A stretch of DNA of 63,994 bases, filler included, from an uncultured bacterium (lineage in GTDB: Bacteria > DAOPZR01): NCBI GenBank assembly GCA_964637655.1. It is 3 parts of 3 records of this genome, joined end to end, with 100 filler letters (N's around TTAATTAATTAA, not from the genome) between each part and the next. Parts side by side here need not be neighbours in the genome. Positions count along the whole stretch, not along the records: positions 1 to 23,308 come from CAZWUZ010000021.1; 2 more parts are not named here. One strand, given 5' to 3'. The notes beneath the pieces are model-generated. The model was not told where the DNA came from. It saw only the letters and a list, made by a program, of their open reading frames with translations, and did no database searches. Made by a program: the position numbers and the translations under genes. Below are positions 1 to 9,508 of this stretch, piece after piece (position 1 is the stretch's first letter; each line of letters opens with the position of its first letter).

Positions 1-897
1 CAGCAACCGGCAGTGGAACCGCTGAGCGCGGCGGGGGAATGGCAGCTCTGGCTGCTGCCACTGGTTTTCCTGTGGCCGCTGCTGCAGCTGCTGCGGCAGG
101 CGGGCCTGCCCGCGTACCGGGCGCTGGCAGCAGCAGTCGTAGTTATGGCGCTGTTGGCGGGAGTACTCTGGTGGTGGTACCAGGACGCGGCGCTCTTTTT
201 GGTCGCCCCGCTGCTCGCCTGCCTGAGTATCCCGGCGGCGGCGGTTATGGTGCTGCCGCCGCTGACCGCCGGCCGCTACGCCGGCGGACGCGGGGTGCTG
301 CTGGTCTTCGCGCGCACCGGCGGAGCGCTGCTGCTGGTTTTTGCCGGCGGCCTTCTCACCTATGTGCCGCTGACGCTGCTGGCGGAGCGCGCGCGGGAAC
401 TGACGGTGCTGGCCGCGGCACTGCCGGCGCTTCCGACGCTGTGGCGCCTTGCCCTGCTGCTGTCGCTGCTGCTGCTCGCGTGGCTGCTGCAGCGGCGGCT
501 GCTGCCCGGGCATGACTGGCGCACGCCGCTCACCGTCGCGCATCTCGCGCTGCTGCTCCCCGCGGCGCTGCTGCTCTACCTCGCACGCGCCTGGCCGGGC
601 GCGGCCCCGCCTTCCACCTGGGTTATCGTCGCGGTGTACGGCGGGGTGCTGGCGCTCATGCTCTTTTTCCTGCTGTCGCTGATCGGGCGGCTGCGGGCAG
701 CGCTGGCCTGCGGGTTGCTCGGCGGGTTCGGCATGGCGGCGCTGCTCACGCTGTTCCTGCCGGCGGGCCTGCACACTTCCCTGCTTGCTGCTTATCTGTC
801 GGTGACACTCACACCCGCGCTGTTGCTGGCCGCGGTGGCGCTGGTGGCGGTGGTCGGCGCGCTCGGTCTCCGCGCCAAGTGGGCGGATATTCCCTGA
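1..897 (+). CDS. Polytopic membrane protein, unknown function (5'-partial; frame open from base 1)
   Basis: Multiple Leu/Ala-rich hydrophobic segments; no stop upstream of GTG13 within the window. Confidence 0.6.
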   Translation, partial: QQPAVEPLSAAGEWQLWLLPLVFLWPLLQLLRQAGLPAYRALAAAVVVMALLAGVLWWWYQDAALFLVAPLLACLSIPAAAVMVLPPLTAGRYAGGRGVLLVFARTGGALLLVFAGGLLTYVPLTLLAERARELTVLAAALPALPTLWRLALLLSLLLLAWLLQRRLLPGHDWRTPLTVAHLALLLPAALLLYLARAWPGAAPPSTWVIVAVYGGVLALMLFFLLSLIGRLRAALACGLLGGFGMAALLTLFLPAGLHTSLLAAYLSVTLTPALLLAAVALVAVVGALGLRAKWADIP

Positions 898-940
898 CCC
901 GCGCAACCATTCCCGTTTCCCGCCTGTCCCATCCAATTAG

Positions 941-970
941 TTGCATGACCGGGGCGAAGAATGCTATAAT
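941..970 (+). promoter_or_regulatory. sigma70-type promoter of ftsEX operon
   Basis: TTGCAT-N18-TATAAT with TGn extended -10; SD GGAGG before GTG997. Confidence 0.6.
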
Positions 971-996
971 CAGCTATTCCCTCGGGAGGGGAAACG

Positions 997-1665
997 GTGA
1001 TCAAACTGTTCCAGGTCAGCAAGCGGTACGGGCGTGACGCGGCGCTGACCGACCTGTCATTGCATATCCGGCCGGGCGAGTTCGTTTTTCTCACCGGGCC
1101 GTCGGGCGCGGGGAAGACGACCCTGCTGCGTCTGCTCTTCCGCCATGAACTGCCGAGTGCGGGACAACTGCTCGTCGACGGGCGGCAGGTGCCGCGCCTG
1201 AAGCGGCACCAGGTGCCGTACCACCGGCGCGGACTCGGCGTCGTTTTCCAGGATTTCAAACTGCTGGCGGGCAAGACGGTGATTGACAATGTCGGCTTCC
1301 CGCTGCGCGTGCGCGGCGTGCCGGTGCTGGAGATGCGCAGCCGCGCCTACCTGCTGCTGCAGCAGATGGGACTGGCGGACAAGCGCAACTACTATCCGCG
1401 CCAGCTGTCCGGCGGCGAGCAGCAGCGGGTGGCGGTGGCGCGCGCGCTGATCACCAACCCGAAAATCGTGCTGGCCGACGAGCCGACGGGCAACCTCGAC
1501 GCCGCGGTGGCGGTCGAGGTGCTCAAACTGCTGGTTGAGGCCAAGCGGCGGGGCGCGACGGTGGTGGTGGCGACGCACAACCCCAACCTGGTGGCGAGCG
1601 TCCGCCCGCGGCGGCTGCTCGAACTCGAGGCGGGGCGGCTGGTGCGTGACGAGGTGCAGGCATGA
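997..1665 (+). CDS. ftsE: Cell division ATP-binding protein FtsE
   Basis: Walker [17 protein letters not shown] signature, [19 protein letters not shown]; upstream of ftsX. Confidence 0.95.
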   Translation: MIKLFQVSKRYGRDAALTDLSLHIRPGEFVFLTGPSGAGKTTLLRLLFRHELPSAGQLLVDGRQVPRLKRHQVPYHRRGLGVVFQDFKLLAGKTVIDNVGFPLRVRGVPVLEMRSRAYLLLQQMGLADKRNYYPRQLSGGEQQRVAVARALITNPKIVLADEPTGNLDAAVAVEVLKLLVEAKRRGATVVVATHNPNLVASVRPRRLLELEAGRLVRDEVQA

Positions 1666-2567
1666 AGGAGTCGCGGCTGCATTTGTGGCGCGCTTACCTG
1701 CACGAGGCGGCGGACAACCTGCGCCGCGGCGGGTGGGTGACCGTTTCCGCCATCGTGACAATGACCTTCGCGCTGGTCATCATCGGGCTCTTTTTCCTCC
1801 TCTCGGTCAACCTCGAACAGATGCTGGTCGACATCCGCAGCAAGTCGCTGGTCATCGTCTACCTCGAGGAACGGGTCGGGCCGCAGCAGCAGGAGGCGCT
1901 GCTGACGCAGGTGCGCGCGCTTCCCGGGGTGAAACAGGTGACGCCGGTCTCCAAGGAGGAAAACCTGCGGCGTTTCCGCGAGTCGCTGGGGGAGAACCGC
2001 GACATACTCGGCGCGCTCGACGGCAACCCGCTCCCCGCGTCGCTCGAACTGCAGGTGAGCGAGGACGAGCATTTCGACGTCCCCGCGCTGGCCGCGCAGC
2101 TGAGCGTGCTCGACGGGGTCGAGGAGGTCAACTACGGCAGCGAGGTGCTCGAGACGATCAAGCAGCTGGCGACAGGTATCCGCCTGGTCATCCTCATTCT
2201 CGGGACGGTCTTCGGGCTGGCGGCGCTCTTCATCATCACCAGCACGATCAAGATCACCGTGCTGGCGCGACGCGACGAGGTCGAGGTGATGCGCTTAGTC
2301 GGCGCCACCGACTGGTACATCCGCTGGCCCTATTTTCTCGAGGGGCTGCTGCAGGGGCTGGTGGCGGCGCTGCTCGCCATGGCGCTCCTCTACGGGGTCT
2401 ACCGCGTGCTGCTGTGGAAATTCGCGGTGCTGCCGTTCCTCCCCGTGGCGCTGACCTTTTTCTCGCTGACCCTGTGCGGCCAGCTGGTGCTCATCGGGGC
2501 GGCCATCGGCGGCGGCGGCGCGCTCTTCGCGCTGCGCCACGTGCTGCGCGAGGAATGTGCGGAATGA
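1662..2567 (+). CDS. ftsX: Cell division permease FtsX
   Basis: 4-TM layout, NPLP motif, [30 protein letters not shown] overlap with ftsE. Confidence 0.95.
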   Translation: MKESRLHLWRAYLHEAADNLRRGGWVTVSAIVTMTFALVIIGLFFLLSVNLEQMLVDIRSKSLVIVYLEERVGPQQQEALLTQVRALPGVKQVTPVSKEENLRRFRESLGENRDILGALDGNPLPASLELQVSEDEHFDVPALAAQLSVLDGVEEVNYGSEVLETIKQLATGIRLVILILGTVFGLAALFIITSTIKITVLARRDEVEVMRLVGATDWYIRWPYFLEGLLQGLVAALLAMALLYGVYRVLLWKFAVLPFLPVALTFFSLTLCGQLVLIGAAIGGGGALFALRHVLREECAE

Positions 2568-3718
2568 GCAACCGGCTGCTGCTGCTGGCGCTGCTGCTGC
2601 TGCTCCCCGTGGCGGTGACGGGGGCGAGCGTGCAGCAGGACCAGCAGCAGCTGGACCGCACCAACGCCGACATCCGCGCCGCCGAGGCGCGGGTGGCGGA
2701 ACTGCGCGCGCGCGCGGGGAGCATGGAAAAGGTTATCCCGCAGCGGCGTGCCGAGGTGGCGCAGGTCGAGGAAAAACGGGCGCAGACGACGCGGCAGCTG
2801 CAGGCGCTGACCGCGGAGAAGGACGCGGCGCAGCGCGAGTTCAACGAGGGAACGCGCAAGGTGACGGAGCGGCAGGGCGTGCTGGCGCGGCGCGTGCGCG
2901 CCATCTACAAGCGCGGCGGCACCGCCGCCTACTGGCAGACGCTCTTCGCGGCGAAGGATTTCGGCGACCTCCTCCGGCGCTTCCGTTTCCTGCGGCTGAT
3001 CATGGCGCACGACGCGGAACTGATTCGCGACCTGCGGGCGGAGCGCCTGCGGCTCGACGGTGAGAAGCGCAAACTCGAGGCGCGCGTGGCGGAAATCGCC
3101 GCGGTCAAGACGCAGCAGGACGGCGACAAGCGCGTGGTTGAACGCAAGAAGAAGGAACTGGAAATCGCCCTCGCGCAGGTCAACCGCCAGCGCGGCGAAG
3201 AGGAACGGAAAATCGCCAATTTGCGCGCGGCGGCGCGGCAGTTGCAGGCGGCGATCGATGCGGCCATCCGCGCGGCACGGGAGCAGGGAAGCGGCCCGGT
3301 GGCGGCGGTGCGCGGTGGCAGCTATCCATGGCCGCTGCGCGGCAGCGGACGGGCGCAGGTCATCCGCGCCTTCGGCGCCTATCGGCACCCGGAATACAAC
3401 GCCATGGTCGCCAACAAAGGTATTGATATTGCCGCGCCGGCGGGGGCGGACGTGCTCGCCATCGGCGCGGGGAAGGTGGCGGCGGCGCAGGAGATGACGG
3501 GGAACGGGCGCGTGGTCATCATCGACCACGGCGGTAAGCTCTTCTCGGTCTATTCGTATCTGGCGCGGATCGGCGTCGTGGTCGGCGCGCGGGTGACGGC
3601 GGGCCAGGTGCTCGGCACAGTCGGCCTGCGTCCTGACGATGGGCGGAGCGCACTTCACCTCGAGACGTACGCAGATACCGACGCGCAGAACCCGCTGACC
3701 TGGCTGCGCAACCAGTAA
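2564..3718 (+). CDS. envC: EnvC-like murein hydrolase activator (coiled coil + M23/LytM domain)
   Basis: ATG2564 overlaps ftsX stop; signal peptide, long coiled coil, WPLRG, degenerate NKGIDI and LHLE M23 motifs. Confidence 0.88.
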   Translation: MSNRLLLLALLLLLPVAVTGASVQQDQQQLDRTNADIRAAEARVAELRARAGSMEKVIPQRRAEVAQVEEKRAQTTRQLQALTAEKDAAQREFNEGTRKVTERQGVLARRVRAIYKRGGTAAYWQTLFAAKDFGDLLRRFRFLRLIMAHDAELIRDLRAERLRLDGEKRKLEARVAEIAAVKTQQDGDKRVVERKKKELEIALAQVNRQRGEEERKIANLRAAARQLQAAIDAAIRAAREQGSGPVAAVRGGSYPWPLRGSGRAQVIRAFGAYRHPEYNAMVANKGIDIAAPAGADVLAIGAGKVAAAQEMTGNGRVVIIDHGGKLFSVYSYLARIGVVVGARVTAGQVLGTVGLRPDDGRSALHLETYADTDAQNPLTWLRNQ

Positions 3719-3758
3719 CGAATACCACCGCGCTGCGGCGCGGGAAAGTGAGCGAGCA

Positions 3759-5159
3759 ATGAAGACACGCTACAAACTGATGGTGCTGGCGCTGGTGACC
3801 CTGTTCACCCTCGGGGTACTCAATTCGCGGCTCGAGGCGGGGACCGGCTCCTTTTACCAGTACCTGCGCCTGTTCAACGAGGTGCTCAAGCGGGTGCAGG
3901 ACACCTATGTCGATGAAACCGGGGTGACCCCGGAGAAACTGATGGTCGGCGCCATCAACGGCATGCTCGCGTCGCTCAACGACCCCTACACGCGGCTCAT
4001 CCCGCCGCAGAACTACGAAGAGGTGCGCGAGGATTCGGTCGGCGAGTTCGGCGGCCTGGGCATCGTCGTCACCATGCGCGACGAAATGATCACCATCGTC
4101 TCGCCGATGGCGGGCACGCCGGCGTTCAGCGTCGGCCTGCTTCCCGGCGACCGCATCATCGAGATCGACGGCGTGTCGACGGCGGGGATGGAACTGAACG
4201 CGGCGGTCAAGAAGATGCGCGGCCGCCCGGGGACGCGCGTGGTGCTGACCATCCGTCGCGACGGCAGCGAGGATTTTCCCGTCACCGTCGAACGCGCCAA
4301 TATCAAGCACCGCACGGTGGAGCATCAGGACCTCGGGGACGGCATCGGGTATATCCGGCTCAACCAGTTCAACGAGCATGCGGGCATCGACATCCGCGCA
4401 GCGCTGGCGGAACTGCCGGCGGGTGACGACCTGCACGGACTGATTTTCGACCTGCGCAACAATCCGGGCGGACTCTACGACGAGGCGGGGATTGTCGCCG
4501 ACGTGTTCATGGACAGCGGCATCGTCGTCTACACCAAGGGGCGGGACGGGGTGCGCCGGCGCGAAATCCGCGCGCAGAACGACCGCAACGAGCCGGGTGT
4601 GCCGCTGGTCATCCTCATCAACAACGGCACGGCGAGCGCGGCGGAGATTGTCACGGGCGCGCTCAAGGACTGCGGGCGGGCGACGGTCATCGGCACGCGC
4701 TCGTTCGGCAAGGGCGTGGTGCAGTCGGTCACCAATGTCTCGCTCAATTACGGACTGGCAGTGACGACGGAACGCTACTACACCCCGTCGGGGATCTGTA
4801 TCGACAAGCAGGGCATCGCCCCGCACTACACGGTGACCGCCGACGACATCGCCGACAGCTCGGTGCGCGCGCTGGTGCTGCTCAACGGCAACGACACCTT
4901 CATCCAGTTTGTCAACCGCCTGCCCGGGTACAGCGACGAGGCGCTGGCTGATTTGCGCCGCCTGCTGCAGCGCGAGGGGCTGGAACTCCCCGACCGCCTG
5001 CTGCGCTGGACGCTGCACAACCAGCTGGCGGTGCGGGAAGGGCGTGCCTTTGTCGGCGACCTGGCCACCGACCGGCAGCTGCGCGTGGCCCACGAGTTCC
5101 TGCGCGGCACCGTGCCGGTCAGCGAGGACGGTAGCGACACCACGCCGGTCAACAACTAA
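3759..5159 (+). CDS. ctpA: Carboxyl-terminal processing protease, S41 family with PDZ domain
   Basis: DPYTR, FGGLGI PDZ loop, DLRNNPGG, TASAAEI, SFGKGVVQ, YYTPSG. Confidence 0.93.
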   Translation: MKTRYKLMVLALVTLFTLGVLNSRLEAGTGSFYQYLRLFNEVLKRVQDTYVDETGVTPEKLMVGAINGMLASLNDPYTRLIPPQNYEEVREDSVGEFGGLGIVVTMRDEMITIVSPMAGTPAFSVGLLPGDRIIEIDGVSTAGMELNAAVKKMRGRPGTRVVLTIRRDGSEDFPVTVERANIKHRTVEHQDLGDGIGYIRLNQFNEHAGIDIRAALAELPAGDDLHGLIFDLRNNPGGLYDEAGIVADVFMDSGIVVYTKGRDGVRRREIRAQNDRNEPGVPLVILINNGTASAAEIVTGALKDCGRATVIGTRSFGKGVVQSVTNVSLNYGLAVTTERYYTPSGICIDKQGIAPHYTVTADDIADSSVRALVLLNGNDTFIQFVNRLPGYSDEALADLRRLLQREGLELPDRLLRWTLHNQLAVREGRAFVGDLATDRQLRVAHEFLRGTVPVSEDGSDTTPVNN

Positions 5160-5164
5160 GCGGC

Positions 5165-6133
5165 ATGGCGCGGCGCACGAAACGGAAGAGCGGCGCGGGG
5201 AAACTGCTGCTCGTTCTCTTTCTGCTGGCGGCGTTCGGTACCGGCTGGTATCTCGGCAGCCGCGGCGGCGAGGGGACACCCGCAGCGGAAAGCGTGACGG
5301 ATGATACCGCCCCGGCAGTAGCGGCCGAGGGGCCGGACCCGGCCGTGGCGGCAGAACCGGCAGTTGCCGCACGGCCTGCCGCGGCCCGCCCGGCTCCCGC
5401 GCGGGCCGCGGGCACGCCGGCACCAGCGGGTCCGGCGCCGCTGCCGCAGGCGCAGGCGGGGGCGAAACTCGCCATCGTCCTCGACGATTGCGGACAGAAC
5501 CTGCTGCGCCTCGACGAGGTGCTGGCGCTGCCGTTTCCTGTGACGCTGGCCATCCTGCCGCAGCAACCGCAGTCGGGTGAGACCGCGCGTCGCGCGCGGG
5601 CGGCGGGGAAACCGTACATCCTGCATCAGCCGATGGAACCGCTGGCACCAGAGGGTGGTGGTGCCCCCAACCCCGGGCCCGGGGCGCTGACCGTGGCCAC
5701 GGCCGCGGCGGCGGTCGACGGCGTGCTCGCCGCCAACCTTGCGTCGACCGGTGAGCCGCGCGGCTTCAACAACCACATGGGTTCGCGCGCCACGGCGGAG
5801 CAGACCCTGATGACAGCGCTGATGGCGTCGGCGAAACGGCGCGGCCTGTTTTTTCTCGATTCGTGGACGTCACCGCAGTCGGTGGCGTTGAGCAGCGCGC
5901 AGGCGGCGGGGGTGCCCGCGGTGCGCAACCGCGTCTTCCTCGACAACCGCGATGACTACGGGTATATCGACGACCAGCTGCAGCGCGCGGCGACGCTGGC
6001 GGTGGCCGGACAGGAAATCGTCGCCATCGGGCATATCACGCGGCAGCAGACCTGGCGCGTGCTGCGTGACCGTCATGCCTGGCTGCGCGCTGCCGGCATC
6101 GAACTGGTCGCGGCTGCCGACCTCGCGCGATGA
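5165..6133 (+). CDS. Divergent polysaccharide deacetylase (YibQ family)
   Basis: AIVLDDCG, LHQPMEP, GFNNHMGS, FFLDSWT, NRVFLDN, AIGH; typical envC-ctpA context. Confidence 0.9.
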   Translation: MARRTKRKSGAGKLLLVLFLLAAFGTGWYLGSRGGEGTPAAESVTDDTAPAVAAEGPDPAVAAEPAVAARPAAARPAPARAAGTPAPAGPAPLPQAQAGAKLAIVLDDCGQNLLRLDEVLALPFPVTLAILPQQPQSGETARRARAAGKPYILHQPMEPLAPEGGGAPNPGPGALTVATAAAAVDGVLAANLASTGEPRGFNNHMGSRATAEQTLMTALMASAKRRGLFFLDSWTSPQSVALSSAQAAGVPAVRNRVFLDNRDDYGYIDDQLQRAATLAVAGQEIVAIGHITRQQTWRVLRDRHAWLRAAGIELVAAADLAR

Positions 6134-7122
6134 TCGTTCTCGGCATCGAATCGAGTTGTGACGAGAGCGCGGTCGCGCTGGTGCGCGACGGGCGCACGGT
6201 GCTCGCCGAAGGCGTGGCGTCGCAGGTCGCGGCGCATCAGCCCTACGGGGGCGTCGTGCCGGAACTCGCGGCGCGTCATCACGGCAGCGCGCTGCCGCTG
6301 CTGCAGGAACAGGTCTGGCGTGACGCGGGCTGGGGGGCACACGACCGCCCCGACCTCATTGCCGTCACGCACGGGCCCGGGCTCCTCTCGTCGCTCAACA
6401 CGGGCATTGCCTGGGCGCTCGGACTGAGCGCCGCGTGGCAGGTGCCGGTCATCGGGGTCAACCATCTCGATGCGCACCTGCATGTCGCCGCCGGCCCGGA
6501 TTTTCCCTTCCCCCATCTCGGACTGCTCGTCTCGGGCGGGCACACGCTGCTGGTGCTGCGGCATGACCCGTTCCGCAGCGACCTGCTCGGCGAGACCATC
6601 GATGACGCGGTGGGTGAGGCCTATGACAAGGTCGCGCGGCTGCTCGGGCTCGGCTATCCCGGCGGCCCGGCGGTCGACAAACTCGCGGCGACCGGGAATC
6701 CGCGCGCGGTGAAATTCACGCCGCCGCAGGTGAAGGGGCGCCCGTATGACGTGAGTTTATCGGGACTCAAGACCGCAGTGCTCTACCTGCTGCGCGGACA
6801 GCAGGCGGAGGCGGCGCCCGCGCCGGCGGATGTCTGCGCGTCGTTCCAGCAGACCGTGCTCGAGATGCTGCGCAAGCGCATCGTGCGTGCGGGGGAGGAA
6901 CACCACTGCCGGCGGCTCTGCCTCGGCGGCGGGGTGGCGGCCAACCGCGGCCTGCGCGCGCGCGTCGAGGCGCTGCGCGCCGACGGCTGGGAGGTGGCGC
7001 TGCCGCCGCTCGCCAACTGTCTCGACAACGGGGTGATGATCGCCATGCAGGGACATGTGGTGCACGCCGCCGGGCGCGGCCGCCCGCCCGCCGGCAATCC
7101 CAACCTCCGTTTCGGTGAATGA
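6130..7122 (+). CDS. tsaD: tRNA N6-adenosine threonylcarbamoyltransferase TsaD
   Basis: LGIESSCDE, YGGVVPELAARHH, NHLDAH, VSGGHT, DDAVGEAYDK, GGVAAN, DNGVMIA. Confidence 0.96.
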   Translation: MIVLGIESSCDESAVALVRDGRTVLAEGVASQVAAHQPYGGVVPELAARHHGSALPLLQEQVWRDAGWGAHDRPDLIAVTHGPGLLSSLNTGIAWALGLSAAWQVPVIGVNHLDAHLHVAAGPDFPFPHLGLLVSGGHTLLVLRHDPFRSDLLGETIDDAVGEAYDKVARLLGLGYPGGPAVDKLAATGNPRAVKFTPPQVKGRPYDVSLSGLKTAVLYLLRGQQAEAAPAPADVCASFQQTVLEMLRKRIVRAGEEHHCRRLCLGGGVAANRGLRARVEALRADGWEVALPPLANCLDNGVMIAMQGHVVHAAGRGRPPAGNPNLRFGE

Positions 7123-7142
7123 CCTGGTGCTATTCACATGGT

Positions 7143-7188
7143 TTCCTCTCCCGACGGGAGAGGAAGTCGCGCAGCGACAGGTGAGGGG
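7143..7188. repeat. Palindromic REP-like element, left flank of DUF559
   Basis: Hairpin TTCCTCTCCC-gac-GGGAGAGGAA followed by AGGTGAGGGG. Confidence 0.75.
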
Positions 7189-8544
7189 ATGAAGTCAGAT
7201 CTGCGCGCCAGGCAACTGCGCAAGACGGCAACGGAGGCGGAACAGAAACTCTGGCAGGTGCTGCGCGATCGCCGGCTGTGCGGCTGGAAATTCAGAAGAC
7301 AGGTGCTTTGCGGACCGTATGTCCTTGATTTTTACTGCCATGAGCAGCGTCTGGCAATCGAAGTTGATGGCGGGCAACACAATCAAACAGAACAGCATGC
7401 CCGTGACAGGCAACGTACGGATTACCTGCAGGCACAGGGCCTGCGGGTGATGCGTTATTGGAACAATGATGTCCTGCAGAATCTGACGGGGGTGCTTGAA
7501 CACCTGCGCATGCATATGACGGCGAACAGGGATACTTCCCCTCACCCTGACCCTCTCCCGGGGGGAGAGGGGAACAGGCAACAAAGGCGACGGACTGGTG
7601 CTTCCGGCTCTCGTAGTGAGGGGGAGGAGAACAAGAATACACATCATCGATTCGCGGCGTTTGATCTCGGGACCAACTCGCTGCGCATGCTGGTGGCGGA
7701 GTGCGATGGGGCGCAGGTGCGGCCGCTCTGGTCGCGGCTCGACGCCTGCCGCATCGGGGCCGGGCTGCGGCAGACGGGACACCTGTCGGCGGCGGGCTGC
7801 GCGCGCGCACTGGCGACGCTGCAGGCGTGGCTGGCGGATGGTGTGCGTGACGGCATCGTGCCAGTCGGCGGTATCGCCACCGAGGCGGTGCGCAAGGCCG
7901 CCGACGGCGAAGTGTTTCTCGCCACGGTGCGCGCGGCGACCGGGATAACGTTCGAACTCATCAGCGGGGAGCGCGAAGCGGAACTGACCCGTCTCGGGGT
8001 CTGTGCCGCGCTGCCGGAACTGCCGGGCGAACTGCTGATTGCCGACATCGGCGGGGGGAGCACGGAACTGATCCATCGCGACGGGAAAACAGTTGCGGTG
8101 TCGGTGCCGGTCGGCTCGGTGGTGCTGCACGAGGACCACCTGCAGCATGACCCGCCGCGGCCGGAGGAGATGGCGGCGCTGCGCGCGGCGGCGCGGGTGG
8201 CGCTGGCCCCGCATGCCGTGCGCGGCCTGACGGTGGTCGGGGTGGGGGGGACGGTGACGACGCTCGCGGCGCTGGCACAGGCGCTGCCGCAGTACGATCC
8301 CCGCGCGGTGCACGGGGCGCACCTCAGTGCGCGGCACGTCACACGCCTGACGGCGCTGCTGGCGGGGATGACCGCGGCGCAGCGCGCGCTCTTTCCCGGC
8401 CTGACCGAAAACCGCGCCGACATCATCGTGGCGGGGGCGCTCATTCTCGGCGAACTGCTCGACCTGTGCGGCGCGGCGGAGTGCGTCGTGTCGGACAACG
8501 GCATCCTGCTCGGCTACCTCGCGGATTATGCCGCCCGCGCCTGA
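7189..8544 (+). CDS. ppx: DUF559 (Vsr-like) endonuclease domain fused in frame to Ppx/GppA phosphatase
   Basis: N-part ARQLRK-TEAEQKLW-KFRRQ-YVLDFYC-IEVDGGQH-RYWNNDV; C-part FDLGTNSLRM, IATEAVRKA, DIGGGSTE, GVGGTVT, RADIIVAG; alternative start ATG7138. Confidence 0.85.
   Translation: MKSDLRARQLRKTATEAEQKLWQVLRDRRLCGWKFRRQVLCGPYVLDFYCHEQRLAIEVDGGQHNQTEQHARDRQRTDYLQAQGLRVMRYWNNDVLQNLTGVLEHLRMHMTANRDTSPHPDPLPGGEGNRQQRRRTGASGSRSEGEENKNTHHRFAAFDLGTNSLRMLVAECDGAQVRPLWSRLDACRIGAGLRQTGHLSAAGCARALATLQAWLADGVRDGIVPVGGIATEAVRKAADGEVFLATVRAATGITFELISGEREAELTRLGVCAALPELPGELLIADIGGGSTELIHRDGKTVAVSVPVGSVVLHEDHLQHDPPRPEEMAALRAAARVALAPHAVRGLTVVGVGGTVTTLAALAQALPQYDPRAVHGAHLSARHVTRLTALLAGMTAAQRALFPGLTENRADIIVAGALILGELLDLCGAAECVVSDNGILLGYLADYAARA
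7538..7572. repeat. Palindromic REP-like element, right flank of DUF559 (translated as PHPDPLPGGEG)
   Basis: CCCCTCACCCTGA-CCCTCTCCC-ggg-GGGAGAGGG; inverted relative to 7143-7188. Confidence 0.8.
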
Positions 8545-9508
8545 CCGCTACCCCTGGCGCGGCGGGCTGGCGCTCGCCCCGCTGGCGGGCATCACCGACA
8601 GCGTCTTCCGCCAACTGGTGAAGCGCCGCCACGCCAACCTGCTCACCACCGAGATGGTCTGTGCCACGGGCATCGTGCGCGAGCATGCGAAGACCTGGGC
8701 GCTGGCCGCGTTTGCCCCTGAGGAGCAGCCGCTGATCGTGCAACTGTTCGGACACCGTGCTGACGAACTGGCACGCGCGGCGGCGGCGGTCGAGGAGCGG
8801 TTGCAACCCTACGGTATCGAACTCAACTGCGGCTGCCCGGCGCGCAAGGTCAACCGCAGCGGCAACGGGGCGAAACTGATGGCTGACCCGCCGCTGCTCG
8901 AGGCGCTGGTGCGCGCCATGCGCGCGGCCGTGCGCTGCCCGCTCAGCGTCAAGTTCCGCACCGGGTGGAAGGAAAACAACGCCGTCGAGGTGGCGCGGCG
9001 CTGCGAGCAGGCGGGCGCCGATTTTCTCTGCGTGCACCCGCGCACGGCGGCGCAGATGTACACGGGGCGCGCGGACTGGTCGGTTATCGCCGCGGTGAAA
9101 CAGGCGGTGCGGGTGCCGGTCATCGGCAACGGCGACGTGCGCACGGGCGACGACGCGCGGCGCCTCGTGGCGGAGACGGGGTGCGACGCGGTGATGGTCG
9201 GGCGCGCGGCACTCGGCCAGCCGTGGGTGCTGCAGCGTATGGCGGCGGAACTGCGCGGCGAGGCGTGGCGCCTGACGTCCGGCGCCATGCTCGAGGCTTT
9301 TGTCGAGCATACGCGGCTGAATGCCGCAGTCAAGGGGGCGTACCGCGGGACGGTGGAGATGCGCAAGCTGACGGCGGGCTACACGCGCGGGCTGCCGGGC
9401 GCGGTGGAACTGCGCCGCCACCTCAACACCGTTGCCGACCCGGAGGCGTTTGTCGCGGCGATTGACCGTTTCCGGCAGCGGCTGGCGGACCATGCTGCAA
9501 CTGACTGA
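8528..9508 (+). CDS. dusB: tRNA-dihydrouridine synthase (DusB family)
   Basis: LAPLAGITD, VQLFG, ELNCGCP, KFRTGW, VHPRT, IGNGDV, VMVGRAALGQPW. Confidence 0.92.
   Translation: MPPAPDRYPWRGGLALAPLAGITDSVFRQLVKRRHANLLTTEMVCATGIVREHAKTWALAAFAPEEQPLIVQLFGHRADELARAAAAVEERLQPYGIELNCGCPARKVNRSGNGAKLMADPPLLEALVRAMRAAVRCPLSVKFRTGWKENNAVEVARRCEQAGADFLCVHPRTAAQMYTGRADWSVIAAVKQAVRVPVIGNGDVRTGDDARRLVAETGCDAVMVGRAALGQPWVLQRMAAELRGEAWRLTSGAMLEAFVEHTRLNAAVKGAYRGTVEMRKLTAGYTRGLPGAVELRRHLNTVADPEAFVAAIDRFRQRLADHAATD

Noticed and set aside
1535-2563. N-terminal extension of the 727-aa ORF
   Set aside because: Overlaps ftsE/ftsX out of frame; the signal peptide begins at ATG2564
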